A stretch of 64,000 nucleotides of DNA from Bacteroidales bacterium. Lineage in GTDB: Bacteria > Bacteroidota > Bacteroidia > Bacteroidales > CAIWKO01. The stretch spans positions 4,665 to 68,664 of the forward strand of contig JAGNBV010000001.1 in NCBI GenBank assembly GCA_018004645.1. The letters run 5' to 3'. The notes beneath the pieces are model-generated. The model saw nothing but the letters and a program-made list of their open reading frames with translations, searched no databases and was not told the DNA's origin. Position 1 is the stretch's first letter. Every line of letters starts with the position of its first letter. Shown here in pieces: positions 38,413-47,846 of the stretch. The translations under genes were made by a program, and so were the position numbers.

Positions 38413-40425
38413 TTGGAATACTTCAACAACATATTTTGCCTCACTATTGATGAATGGAAGGAAGCCGGACTGTCGTACGATTTATACTTAAACGACAAAA
38501 GACGTGGTTACATCAAGGTCGTCCGTACCGGAGGCAATGGCCGCAAGGCGTTGATAGAGTTCGACAGTATTGCCAAAACAGAACGCAAAAACGCCATAAT
38601 CAATAAGTACGGTGATCCACGGCAAAAAACTGCACAGGGCACCCTGCGCGACAGGATCACACCTGATGCAAAAGCCCTGGAATATTATTCCAACTTCCAG
38701 CTGACTGACGGCAGATCGCTCCCTGAAAAAAACATTAAAGAATATTGCAACAACGCTGCCGTGCTTAATGCACTGCACAATATATATACGGAGTCGAAAA
38801 CAGCCCGACGGGCATTAGGTGCCGGAGACAGCAAGCGTTTTTTTGAACGTGCTGCCGAGATCATAAGCACCCTGAGCGATGAGTTTAACCACAACCTTCC
38901 GGCAAATCACCGCCACCTGCAGCGCGTGTACAATAAATATGTTGCTGAAGGTTATTACGGGTTGATCAGCGGTAAATTCTGCAACGATAACAGCCGTAAA
39001 GTAAGTCACGAAATTGAGCAACTAATACTCAGCATCTATGCAATGGATAACAAGCCTTTTGCTTCCAGCGTGCACGAAATATACAATTCATTTGTCGTTG
39101 GTAAGGTCGATGTGGTTGACCGCAGAACCGGCGAGCTGTTCGACAGGAAAAAGTTTTTATATCCAGATGGAACTCCCATTGAGTTATCGGATTCCACGAT
39201 ATGGAACTACATCAACAACCCTAAGAACCGCGCAATAGTAGATAGAGCGAGATCAGGACAGTTTCAGTATAACAATATTCACCGCCCGCACCATCACCGG
39301 CATTCACCTTTTTACTCCTTCAGTAAGATATCAATGGATGACAGGGATCTCCCGCGCAAATTAACCGATGGTAAACGCGTGAAAGCCTATTATTCATATG
39401 ATGTGTCCAGCGGATGTGTAATTGGATATTCTCATTCCTACGATAAGGATGAAAGGTTGTTCCTGGACTGTCTGCGCAATATGTTCCGGCTCATTGAGCG
39501 CAACGGTTTCGGTATGCCGATGGAATGTGAGGTGGAACATCACCTGGTTAACAAGTTCTTTGATGATTTGGCTCTTATGTTCCCGTTCATGAGAATATGT
39601 AACCCGGGCAACTCACAGGAAAAACGTGCTGAACACTTCAATAAGGCCAAAAAGTACGGAGTTGAAAAGGGTATTCATAAAGATATCGGGCGTTGGTGGG
39701 CCAAATGCGAAGCATACCGCATTGATGTTGACAAGGTAGATAACGAATATAAGGAACGTGGTTACTCCTTTGAAAAGCTGGTTGCTGACGATATTGAATC
39801 TATAAAGCAATATAATAACCAGCTGCACCCGCGTCAGAAGGTATATCCCGGAAAAACACGATGGGAAGTACTCAAAGAAAACATGAACCCGGAACTGGCC
39901 CAGGTGAACAAAGCCATACTGTATAAAACCATTGGCAAAAAGACAACAACCACCATTGTACGTAATCAGTACTGCCAGGTACAATACGAAAAATACCAGT
40001 TGCCAAACCCGCAGGTCATAAACAGGTTGCAACCTAACAGCTACGGTGTGGATGCTTATTACCTTCCGGATGATAACGGCGTGATCAATGAGGTATATCT
40101 GTACCAGGCAGGCAATTACATCTGCAGGTGTGAAAAGATTGTAGCTTACAACGAAGCAAAAGCAGAACAGACACAGGCTGACGTTGACAATTACAAATCA
40201 CAGTCGGAGTTTGTTGCCGAATTCGATGGTATGACCAAGCACGGCAAAAAAGAGCTTGCAAAGCCAGTGATCATAAATGTGGAGCAGATGAATGTTATTG
40301 AAAGTACGGCTGCAGAAACTGTTGAAGTAGTTGAACACTCTATTAATCAACAGGATGATATAGACAACTTGCTGGATGAGTATAATCCTGATGAATATAA
40401 AAACAGAGCTTTTAAATCAATGTAA
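38413..40425 (+). CDS. Mu-like DDE transposase (MuA analogue)
   Basis: 670 aa. Position and size fit, followed by an AAA+ partner. Central RNaseH-like region (SMDDRDL...YSYDVSSG...ECEVEH). The start codon is uncertain; TTG is listed. Confidence 0.8.
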   Translation: MEYFNNIFCLTIDEWKEAGLSYDLYLNDKRRGYIKVVRTGGNGRKALIEFDSIAKTERKNAIINKYGDPRQKTAQGTLRDRITPDAKALEYYSNFQLTDGRSLPEKNIKEYCNNAAVLNALHNIYTESKTARRALGAGDSKRFFERAAEIISTLSDEFNHNLPANHRHLQRVYNKYVAEGYYGLISGKFCNDNSRKVSHEIEQLILSIYAMDNKPFASSVHEIYNSFVVGKVDVVDRRTGELFDRKKFLYPDGTPIELSDSTIWNYINNPKNRAIVDRARSGQFQYNNIHRPHHHRHSPFYSFSKISMDDRDLPRKLTDGKRVKAYYSYDVSSGCVIGYSHSYDKDERLFLDCLRNMFRLIERNGFGMPMECEVEHHLVNKFFDDLALMFPFMRICNPGNSQEKRAEHFNKAKKYGVEKGIHKDIGRWWAKCEAYRIDVDKVDNEYKERGYSFEKLVADDIESIKQYNNQLHPRQKVYPGKTRWEVLKENMNPELAQVNKAILYKTIGKKTTTTIVRNQYCQVQYEKYQLPNPQVINRLQPNSYGVDAYYLPDDNGVINEVYLYQAGNYICRCEKIVAYNEAKAEQTQADVDNYKSQSEFVAEFDGMTKHGKKELAKPVIINVEQMNVIESTAAETVEVVEHSINQQDDIDNLLDEYNPDEYKNRAFKSM

Positions 40426-40448
40426 TATTAACCAAAACACCAAACACC

Positions 40449-41321
40449 ATGATTACAACAGAACTAAAAAACAAAGTATTGGCCGAGTTAAAACGAAGCC
40501 GCGAGAATTTTACCGGATCGGACGCCAAGTATGCCGTATCACTCGGTTTGAACAATGCCGTGTACAGCCGGATAAAGAACGGCGAAATTGACAAAGTGCT
40601 GAGCGAAGCCATGTGGATATCACTGGCCCGTAAGTTCAACGTGAGCCTTAAAAATGAGGCAGAATGGAAAACAGCTAACACGCCTGTATTTCAGTATATC
40701 ACCGAGCAACTTACCAGATGCCAGGACAACAGTATCAGTTGCATGTTATGCGATGCTGCCGATATAGGGAAAACCTACACAGCAAAGATTTACGTTAAAA
40801 CACACAAAAATGCGGTTTATGTTGACTGCAGCCAGACAAAATCAAAGCAAAAACTCATAAGGTTTATTGCAAAGGAATTCGGGGTGGGACATACCGGAAA
40901 GTATAACGATGTCTACGAGGATTTGGTGTTTTATCTTCGTAGCATCGCCACCCCGATAATTATACTTGATGAGGCGGGCGACCTTGATTATGCAGCTTTT
41001 TTGGAATTAAAAGCGCTATGGAATGCCAGCGAACGTGCCTGCGGATGGATGATGATGGGCGCCGAAGGACTAAAAGAGAAAGTTCGCAGGGCCATTGGCA
41101 ACAAAAAAGTAGGTTACACCGAGATTTTCAGCCGCTATGGCAACCGCTACCAGAGAATAACGCCTGAAGACCGTGAAGAGCATGATAAGTTTACCAGGCT
41201 GCAGGCCGCGCTTATTATCCAGGCTAATACCCCTGCCGGGACAAAGCTACAGGAACTTATTCATAAGACAGACGGGTCGTTACGCAGAATCTATATAGAA
41301 ATCTCAAAACGCACAGCATAA
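40449..41321 (+). CDS. MuB-like AAA+ transposition ATPase with N-terminal HTH
   Basis: Walker A DAADIGKTYTAK, Walker B IIILDEAGDL. Immediately downstream of the transposase. Confidence 0.8.
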   Translation: MITTELKNKVLAELKRSRENFTGSDAKYAVSLGLNNAVYSRIKNGEIDKVLSEAMWISLARKFNVSLKNEAEWKTANTPVFQYITEQLTRCQDNSISCMLCDAADIGKTYTAKIYVKTHKNAVYVDCSQTKSKQKLIRFIAKEFGVGHTGKYNDVYEDLVFYLRSIATPIIILDEAGDLDYAAFLELKALWNASERACGWMMMGAEGLKEKVRRAIGNKKVGYTEIFSRYGNRYQRITPEDREEHDKFTRLQAALIIQANTPAGTKLQELIHKTDGSLRRIYIEISKRTA

Positions 41322-41947
41322 TGGCAAGGGCAATATCAGTAAACCAGTTATTTAGCAAAAAACGGAAGTTGTTGCCGTTTACCGGTGAGTGGCTGGAGTG
41401 CTTCGGCACTCCGGAACTTTCCGGGGCATGGTTCATCTGGGGCAACTCAGGCAATGGTAAAACATCATTTGTGCTGCAACTGTGCAAATATCTTACAAAT
41501 TTCAGCCGGGTGGCATACAACAGCATGGAAGAGGGCGACAGCGAATCGATGAGGCTGGCCTTCATACGCACGGGCATGGATGAATGCAAGCGCAAGATCG
41601 TGCTGCTGGACAATGAACCTGTAGCAGACCTTAAAGAACGACTCCGTAAGCATAAGGCACAGAAAGTGGTTGTAATTGACAGCATTCAATACTCGGGCAT
41701 GACTTATACCGAATACAAGGAGCTGCGTAACGAGTTCCGCGACACGCTGTTTATCATCATCAGCCATGCCGAAGGCCGCAACCCCGCCGACAGACGTGCA
41801 GCATCAATACGCTACGATGCCTCTGTGAAAGTATATGTCGAAGGATATAAGGCATATATCACCAGTAGGTTCCGCACCGGCGATGTTAAAGAATATGCCA
41901 TATGGAGAGACCAGGCCGACAAATTTCATTCAGCAGACCATATATAA
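41321..41947 (+). CDS. RecA/KaiC-like P-loop protein
   Basis: GNSGNGKTSF Walker A and VVVIDSIQ Walker B-like. 208 aa. Confidence 0.6.
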   Translation: MARAISVNQLFSKKRKLLPFTGEWLECFGTPELSGAWFIWGNSGNGKTSFVLQLCKYLTNFSRVAYNSMEEGDSESMRLAFIRTGMDECKRKIVLLDNEPVADLKERLRKHKAQKVVVIDSIQYSGMTYTEYKELRNEFRDTLFIIISHAEGRNPADRRAASIRYDASVKVYVEGYKAYITSRFRTGDVKEYAIWRDQADKFHSADHI

Positions 41948-41969
41948 ACCATTTAAAACACATACAACT

Positions 41970-42578
41970 ATGGAAATACAAGTAAAAATTGAAAATGTCA
42001 ACATCCACGTCAGCGGCATGGATGAATCAGTAGAACAGGTGACGGCAAATCAGTTGAAAACTGAGCTCGAATCCCTGTACAAATCAATATCAGCATTGAT
42101 ACTCAATTCCGAGGCACGGTCAAGGAAGTTTATTGAAGACAGCGCCTCTGTCATTACCATCAGTGGCCCTGTTGAAAAACAGCCTGAAGAAAAGTTTGTT
42201 CAGGCACAGCCAAAGGCTATAACAACAGGTGTCAAAATTTGTACGGAATGTGGCAAAGAGTACAAGCCAACAGGTAATGCACAGCAGCGCTGCCCCGATT
42301 GTATCAAAAAGATTATACACCCGCGCACAGACAAGGAAGTGCGGATAGCAAAAAAGACATGCCTGGAATGTGGTAATCCTTATAAGCCAAGAGCCAACTC
42401 GCAGCGGTATTGCAGTGATGAGTGTAAGACTAAGGCACAAAAGAAACTTGCCCAACAGCACAACAAAACCTACAACGCAAAAAAGAAACTTACCCCGCAA
42501 CAGGAAAAAGAACTCGAAGACACATTGGCTGAAGTAAAAAGAAATGTATCAAAAACTTATGAATTTTCAAACAAATAG
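41970..42578 (+). CDS. double zinc-ribbon protein
   Basis: Start moved to MEIQVKIEN. Two CxxCG...CxDC ribbons (CTECGKEY..CPDC, CLECGNPY..CSDEC). Confidence 0.55.
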   Translation: MEIQVKIENVNIHVSGMDESVEQVTANQLKTELESLYKSISALILNSEARSRKFIEDSASVITISGPVEKQPEEKFVQAQPKAITTGVKICTECGKEYKPTGNAQQRCPDCIKKIIHPRTDKEVRIAKKTCLECGNPYKPRANSQRYCSDECKTKAQKKLAQQHNKTYNAKKKLTPQQEKELEDTLAEVKRNVSKTYEFSNK

Positions 42579-42600
42579 TAACATTAAAAAGACTACCAAT

Positions 42601-43185
42601 ATGGAAACAAACAATCGGATTAGCTACGTGTACAACCCGAAGTATAACAGGTTGACCGTATTATACGACGGCAATCCCGTTGGCGGATTTGCCGGAGTTT
42701 CGGCGGAACGCAAATTCATGGATTTGATAGCTTCAGATAAATTAATAAGCATAGGAGTAAACGATATGGCAAAAAAGAATAAAGTGCGTCAGTTACGCGC
42801 TCTCTGGATAAAACAGGGTATTGACAAATACCGCGAGTACATTATCGAGCCTTTTGGCGTCAGTTCTACCGCTGACCTTACCGAGGAGCAGTTAGATAAA
42901 CTTATAGCCCACTTTACACATAACAGCAAAAGCAGCAATGCCTCTCCGGAGGTTCGTGCCGCCAGGAGTGTTGTACTGAAACTGCTCATGGAACTCGGCA
43001 TATACGACAACACGGGCGACTGGACAAGGGTAAACGATTACCTCATGGACAAACGCATTGCCGGTAAGCTGCTGTACCAGATGAGCATGGAAGAAATGAA
43101 GGCCCTTACCCTGAAGCTGCGTAATATTTTACTGAAAGCAAACAAATTAAACAAAGAAATTAATAGATTATCCATAAACAATTAA
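42601..43185 (+). CDS. GemA (Mu gp16)-like protein
   Basis: Start at METNNRIS. Segment LRALWIKQGIDKYREYIIEPFGVSSTADLTEEQLDKLIAHF resembles the DUF1018/GemA core, judged from memory. Confidence 0.5.
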   Translation: METNNRISYVYNPKYNRLTVLYDGNPVGGFAGVSAERKFMDLIASDKLISIGVNDMAKKNKVRQLRALWIKQGIDKYREYIIEPFGVSSTADLTEEQLDKLIAHFTHNSKSSNASPEVRAARSVVLKLLMELGIYDNTGDWTRVNDYLMDKRIAGKLLYQMSMEEMKALTLKLRNILLKANKLNKEINRLSINN

Positions 43186-43189
43186 AATT

Positions 43190-43804
43190 ATGATACAGAC
43201 AAACAAACAACCCATGTGGGTGGACGAGTCGGGCAACAAAATACCATTCAACCGGCTTACCGCCATAGAAAAAAACCAGGAAAAACAGGCCGCCAAAATA
43301 GTAAAAGAAGCCGAACGTTTAAACGGCCTGATAATGGCGTTTAAATCAGATATAAAAACCATATGCGAAAAGGTTTATAACGACTTTATGGAGGCCAAAT
43401 CGGTAAACAAGCCGGCTAAAGGGAACTTTACCTGGTTCAACTTCGACAGATCCATCAAGATAGAGGTGTCTATCAACGACCGTATCGAGTTCGACGATCT
43501 TACGATGAAAGCCTGCAAGGAAAAGTTTGATGAATTTCTGGTACTTAACCTCGACGAAAAGCAGGCCTTTGTCAAGGAACTTATCAACGAGGCCTTTTCA
43601 ACCAGCCGCGGAAAGCTCGATGCCAAAAAAGTAATGAGCCTTATGAAGTACCGCACAAGGATAAAAGATACGCTGTTTCAGGAGGCTCTTGATTTGCTGG
43701 AACAAAGCATCAGGAGACCCGACTCCAGGACATACTTCAGAGTATGGAAAAAAGCCAATGACGGGCAGTACAAAAATATAGACCTTAATTTTTCGTCGAT
43801 ATGA
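43190..43804 (+). CDS. DUF3164-like Mu-phage early protein
   Basis: 204 aa. The N-terminal WVDESGNKIPFNRL pattern and its position in the early region fit, judged from memory. Confidence 0.5.
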   Translation: MIQTNKQPMWVDESGNKIPFNRLTAIEKNQEKQAAKIVKEAERLNGLIMAFKSDIKTICEKVYNDFMEAKSVNKPAKGNFTWFNFDRSIKIEVSINDRIEFDDLTMKACKEKFDEFLVLNLDEKQAFVKELINEAFSTSRGKLDAKKVMSLMKYRTRIKDTLFQEALDLLEQSIRRPDSRTYFRVWKKANDGQYKNIDLNFSSI

Positions 43805-44220
43805 AGCATTACCAGTTAACCAGTAATGCTTTCGATGGTGCCGTGGATCTGTTTTTTGATGATGCAGGTATGCTAATGAAATTCGATATGACAGGGGCCA
43901 GTCTCAGCAAAAAACAACAGGAGTGGATACTGCGGGACATGTACCCGGAACTCAACGAATTGAAACGGCAACTTTCCGAATCAGGAACGGCAAAAATTAC
44001 CGAAGTGACCACAGAGGTGACTTTTGAGATGTTCTGGGATAGGTACGACGACAAGATCAACTCTTCAAGGAAACGCACCTTGCAAAAATGGAACAGGATG
44101 ACCAAAACGGATCAGCTCCGTGCATACACATACATAAACAGGTATCTGAACAATCTGCCTTCAGGAACCCGGAAAAAATATGCCGAAACATACTTAAATT
44201 CAGAATTATGGAACAATTAG
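43801..44220 (+). CDS. hypothetical protein
   Basis: 139-aa ORF with an ATGA overlap onto the upstream gene. Confidence 0.5.
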   Translation: MKHYQLTSNAFDGAVDLFFDDAGMLMKFDMTGASLSKKQQEWILRDMYPELNELKRQLSESGTAKITEVTTEVTFEMFWDRYDDKINSSRKRTLQKWNRMTKTDQLRAYTYINRYLNNLPSGTRKKYAETYLNSELWNN

Positions 44221-44534
44221 CCAGCACAATAAGCCCGTATGTATTACCGGGATTGACACAAACAGAAAAATCAGTGGATTATATCATCGCCCGGGTTTGC
44301 GAAAAATTTGGAATGACACGCGAACAGCTAACAGCCAGGACACGCAAACGTGAAATAGCCGAACCCAGGCAGGTGGCCATGTATATACTCCGGGGACTTG
44401 GCCTCAGCTATGCCCAGGTAGGCAGCATTTTCAACAAAGATCACGCAACGGCGGTATATGCAAAAAAGCACATCGAGAATATGTTAACTTACGACAGGGA
44501 TTTTAAGGCAAAAGTAAGGGGGTTGCTGTGTTAA
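44208..44534 (+). CDS. DnaA C-terminal-domain-like HTH protein
   Basis: Start at MEQLAST. REIAEPRQVAMYILRGLGLSYAQVGSIFNKDHATAVYAKKHI matches the DnaA domain IV pattern. Confidence 0.6.
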   Translation: MEQLASTISPYVLPGLTQTEKSVDYIIARVCEKFGMTREQLTARTRKREIAEPRQVAMYILRGLGLSYAQVGSIFNKDHATAVYAKKHIENMLTYDRDFKAKVRGLLC

Positions 44535-44818
44535 GAGTTTATATTGCCGGCAAGGTTACCGGCGAACCCCCTTTAGAATGTAATCAAAAGTTTGGCAAAG
44601 CCGAACTGTTGTTAACCAGCATGGGCATGCAGGCTATCAATCCATTATCATTTATTCCATCCGACGCAGAATGGCACCAGGCCATGAAACTTTGCATAAG
44701 ATCACTAATAACCTGTGATTTTATATACCTGTTGCCCGACTGGAAAGAAAGTGAAGGAGCTAAACTGGAGGCTGCAATTGCTGAAAAACTCGGCATCGAA
44801 ACAATAAATACCATATAA
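44528..44818 (+). CDS. DUF4406 / nucleoside 2-deoxyribosyltransferase-like protein
   Basis: GTG start. The VYIAGKVTGEP N-terminus is typical of this family, judged from memory. Confidence 0.45.
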   Translation: MLRVYIAGKVTGEPPLECNQKFGKAELLLTSMGMQAINPLSFIPSDAEWHQAMKLCIRSLITCDFIYLLPDWKESEGAKLEAAIAEKLGIETINTI

Positions 44819-45174
44819 TGTATCCAGGACTAAAAATAAAATTCACAAACAGCGAGTTAGGCTCGTTTTACATGATAATATCATCGGCAACAAAAAGGTA
44901 TAATTACGATGCCCTGTCGAACTATGCCATGAGAGATATTATGCACGACATGATGCTTAACATAGCCCACCGTATGGTTAAAAAAGCCGATACGTACAGC
45001 ATAACATTCAGGCCGGCACAGGTTTATTTTATGAGGGATCTGCTCGATAGTTTTGAATTTGGATGCGGGTATTTTGAGAGATTAGTCCTGGAAAAGATTT
45101 ATGCAAAAATTGATAAGTTCATAATTGATTTACCACAAACTGCAGCACTACATCATGGGATACCGCAACCATAA
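44818..45174 (+). CDS. hypothetical protein
   Basis: 118-aa ORF, start overlapping the upstream stop. Confidence 0.45.
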   Translation: MYPGLKIKFTNSELGSFYMIISSATKRYNYDALSNYAMRDIMHDMMLNIAHRMVKKADTYSITFRPAQVYFMRDLLDSFEFGCGYFERLVLEKIYAKIDKFIIDLPQTAALHHGIPQP

Positions 45175-45355
45175 TACACTGATTAAGATCAGGCTTGTAA
45201 ACGAGATCGTGCAACGGCACTATGTTCCCGGTGTTACTACCTACAAGGGCATTTTTTTGAAATACGTAAGGCCGGTATATCCCATGTGTTATTCCACATT
45301 TTTATCATATATAAACACGCCAGTGCCCAAGCAACATGAAAAAACGCAAGAATAA
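45155..45355 (+). CDS. hypothetical small protein
   Basis: Internal Met MGYRNHNT of ORF 45125..45355. Confidence 0.35.
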   Translation: MGYRNHNTLIKIRLVNEIVQRHYVPGVTTYKGIFLKYVRPVYPMCYSTFLSYINTPVPKQHEKTQE

Positions 45356-45503
45356 TGAACCGGATTTATTCACAAATACTGACGATGTGCCGGCCACAAT
45401 AGAAAAAACAGAACCGTCCACGGCTGATCAGCTTATACAGCAGCGTAATGAAATGATTAAAAAAATGTCGAAAGAACTGAAAAAAAATGGCAAGCAACAG
45501 TAA
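45336..45503 (+). CDS. hypothetical 55-aa charged protein
   Basis: MKKRKNNEPDLF...KKNGKQQ. Overlaps both neighbouring genes. Not in the ORF track. Confidence 0.3.
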   Translation: MKKRKNNEPDLFTNTDDVPATIEKTEPSTADQLIQQRNEMIKKMSKELKKNGKQQ

Positions 45504-45840
45504 TAAAACCACTGGATTGCCGATAGATATGTTTTCGGCTGAATACCTCCGTGATGCAGGCATTCGTTATGCAATAGACCATGCCGATTATCATTTTGAA
45601 AACTGGAGCGGCCGGGCTTTTGAATTTCTGAAACAGTTTATCCGGTCTAACCGCGAATTTATGACTGAGGATGTAAGACTGGCCTCCAAAAATATTATTG
45701 AAGAGCCACCCAGCAACCGTGCCTGGGGAGGTGTTGTTGTACGTGCTGCCCGGCTTGGGCTGATCAGGCGCAAAGGTTTCCGCAACGTAACCAACGCCAA
45801 TGCACACTGCACTCCGGCAACGCTATGGGAGGTTGTATGA
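45487..45840 (+). CDS. hypothetical protein
   Basis: 117-aa ORF, last gene before a strong hairpin. No family recognised. Confidence 0.5.
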   Translation: MASNSNKTTGLPIDMFSAEYLRDAGIRYAIDHADYHFENWSGRAFEFLKQFIRSNREFMTEDVRLASKNIIEEPPSNRAWGGVVVRAARLGLIRRKGFRNVTNANAHCTPATLWEVV

Positions 45841-45895
45841 CTGCTAACGCAGAAACTTCCGCACGTTTTTAATGGCGGAAGTTGAACGTTAGCAG
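45841..45895 (+). terminator. long interrupted hairpin at the end of the early/middle operon
   Basis: CTGCTAACG..AACTTCCGC / GCGGAAGTT..CGTTAGCAG, about 18 bp in total. The T-tract is weak. Confidence 0.45.
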
Positions 45896-46148
45896 GCGTT
45901 CTTTGAAGATAATAAGATAACCCGATGAAGAGTGCCGGATAACATGTGCCGGCTATAGAAAGAGATAGTACAGCTTACGTGATACCATGCCGGTGAGGTC
46001 AATGTACACCGGTTGCATCCTGCCAAGAATAGAGATACCACAGGAGGGACGGGTATAAAATCACTAAACGGCCAGGGCTATCGAACCTACAGATTTAACA
46101 ATGTAGGTGATGAATGATCCCAGGGGGCAATTGTGCTCCCTGGACTAT

Positions 46149-46225
46149 TGCGGGGTGGTAGCAGTGGTCAGCTCGCCGGGCTCATATCCCGGAGGTCGCA
46201 GGTTCGAGTCCTGCCCCCGCAACCA
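46149..46225 (+). tRNA. phage-encoded tRNA-Met (CAU) with initiator-like body
   Basis: Hand-folded cloverleaf. Acceptor TGCGGGG/CCCCGCA. Anticodon arm CCGGG-CTCATAT-CCCGG with three G:C pairs. T arm GCAGG-TTCGAGT-CCTGC. Encoded ACCA. The D stem has only 3 bp plus a U-C mismatch. Strong resemblance to the E. coli tRNA-fMet sequence. Confidence 0.85.
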
Positions 46226-46250
46226 GTATAAACAAAAATATTTAAAACTC

Positions 46251-46428
46251 TTGACTTTCATTATTAATTTTTCGTATATTTGTCCCGTCAAAACTGGTTT
46301 GGGATTTCTCAAATCGAAAATTAAGATAAGAAGCCATCGAGGGTGGCCGGAAGGTAACAACCGGCAAGCCTGTCCCAGACAGTTTTGACACACCCCACCG
46401 GTGGCTTCGTCATTAAATCAAATGCGCT
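46251..46428 (+). promoter_or_regulatory. promoter (TTG-21 nt-TATATTTG) and structured ~140-nt leader of rha
   Basis: -7 box at 46275-46282. A 17-bp helix pairs 46287-46304 with 46373-46389. A second 10-bp helix pairs 46330-46339 with 46399-46408. Confidence 0.55.
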
Positions 46429-47229
46429 ATGTCAAAAGCAAATGAAAGTCCAGCTCCGACTAAAAACGAGCACCTGGTGTTTATCGAAAACGATAAGCCC
46501 ATGACCACATCACGGCTGATTGCCAAAACATTCAGCAAGCAACACGCCCATGTGTTGCGGGACATTCAAAATTTAAACTGTTCTGAAAAATTCACTCAAT
46601 CCAATTTTGGATTGAGTAATTACAGAGACAAATCAGGAAAGGAGAATAAAGAATACCACGTAACCAAAGATGGTTTTACCATGCTTGCCTTTGGCTACAC
46701 CGGCCCCAAAGCCATGATGTTTAAAGAGGCGTACATAGAACGCTTCAACCTGATGGAGCACGAGCTTCGCAGCAAGCAGCCCGAAACAAAGCAAATCGCT
46801 GCCCAGGCATCGCCTTACCAGGAAGAAACACTTATGACTGTTAAAATGGGGCAGTACACCAACCAGATTTATATTACCGGTGGTGTTATTTATGCCCGGC
46901 TGTCTCCTATTATGAAATATTTGGGTTACCAGAGTAACGGCGGTCAGTATATTGATAAGATAGGCAGCGACAATTGCAAACAGATATTGGTGGGCAAATG
47001 GTTTATCAATGTTGCTGCCTTCGACCGGCTTTTAAACCTGTCCAATATGAACGTGCCCAGCGCAGTTATGAGTAGCATATACCGCGATGTGTTCAATGTT
47101 GGCCGTCCGCTCGATGAGCATGTGTATCATTTTACAGCCATGCAGATGCTTGAGATATTCGAGTTAATCATGACAGCTCCTATTAATAAAGATAAGGTTA
47201 TAAACCGCCTGAGCAAGGGTAAAATATAG
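46429..47229 (+). CDS. Rha-family phage regulatory protein / antirepressor
   Basis: The N-terminal PMTTSRLIAKTFSKQHAHVLRDI...YHVTKDGFTMLAFGYTG pattern is typical of Rha. Confidence 0.75.
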   Translation: MSKANESPAPTKNEHLVFIENDKPMTTSRLIAKTFSKQHAHVLRDIQNLNCSEKFTQSNFGLSNYRDKSGKENKEYHVTKDGFTMLAFGYTGPKAMMFKEAYIERFNLMEHELRSKQPETKQIAAQASPYQEETLMTVKMGQYTNQIYITGGVIYARLSPIMKYLGYQSNGGQYIDKIGSDNCKQILVGKWFINVAAFDRLLNLSNMNVPSAVMSSIYRDVFNVGRPLDEHVYHFTAMQMLEIFELIMTAPINKDKVINRLSKGKI

Positions 47230-47240
47230 GAGGCACAGGT

Positions 47241-47450
47241 ATGACAACAGAAACCGCCATAGTTACCGAACTCGCCAAAGAATGCGAGATGGAAGTGCTT
47301 GAAAACAACCTCACCGAAATGTTTACCTCGTGGGTATGCTACCAGGAGTGTCCGGGCATACAGCAACGAGAGGATATAACATACACCTTCAATACGCTGC
47401 GTAATCATTTGCGTAGCATATCCAAGTTTTTGAATTCTAAAAAAAAGTAG
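47241..47450 (+). CDS. hypothetical 69-aa protein
   Basis: ORF closely following rha. Confidence 0.45.
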   Translation: MTTETAIVTELAKECEMEVLENNLTEMFTSWVCYQECPGIQQREDITYTFNTLRNHLRSISKFLNSKKK

Positions 47451-47480
47451 TTGTCTCTTACTTCAGCCAATGGAACCTGG

Positions 47481-47509
47481 AAGCCTCTGCGTAAAGCGGG
47501 GGCTTTTTT
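47481..47509 (+). terminator. rho-independent terminator
   Basis: AGCCTCTGC-GTAAA-GCGGGGGCT followed by T6. Confidence 0.6.
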
Positions 47510-47510
47510 A

Positions 47511-47559
47511 TTGACTTTTTTTATAAATTGTTGTATATTTGTAATAATTATTACTTTTG
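47511..47559 (+). promoter_or_regulatory. promoter of the two-gene moron
   Basis: TTGAC at 47511, a 20-nt spacer, then TATATTTG at 47534-47541. A second TACTTTTG at 47552-47559. Confidence 0.55.
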
Positions 47560-47568
47560 CAATGAATT

Positions 47569-47838
47569 ATGAAAAAAATTGAAGCAATAATTTCATATTT
47601 TTTCCGTTCATTATCAAAATCGTCGCAATTCATGGGAAAAAAAAGAACTGATTTCCTGTTTTCTGATACAGGATGTTTAGTCGGTGCCGGATCAATTATC
47701 AATATATTCGGAAATTATTACGAATTCAACTCAAGCGATTCTGAACAAGAGGCTGATGCCAAAGCTATCAGAAATGATTTTGAAATGGTAGGACAGGATA
47801 TAGAGCAGGCATTAAAACAACTGCAGCCACAAAAATAA
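47569..47838 (+). CDS. hypothetical 89-aa protein
   Basis: First gene after its own promoter. No family recognised. Confidence 0.5.
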   Translation: MKKIEAIISYFFRSLSKSSQFMGKKRTDFLFSDTGCLVGAGSIINIFGNYYEFNSSDSEQEADAKAIRNDFEMVGQDIEQALKQLQPQK

Positions 47839-47846
47839 TATGCCCA

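Noticed and set aside
46107-46393. ORFs 46107-46388 (+) and 46145-46393 (-)
   Set aside because: They overlap the tRNA-Met gene and the structured rha leader, and have no coding features.
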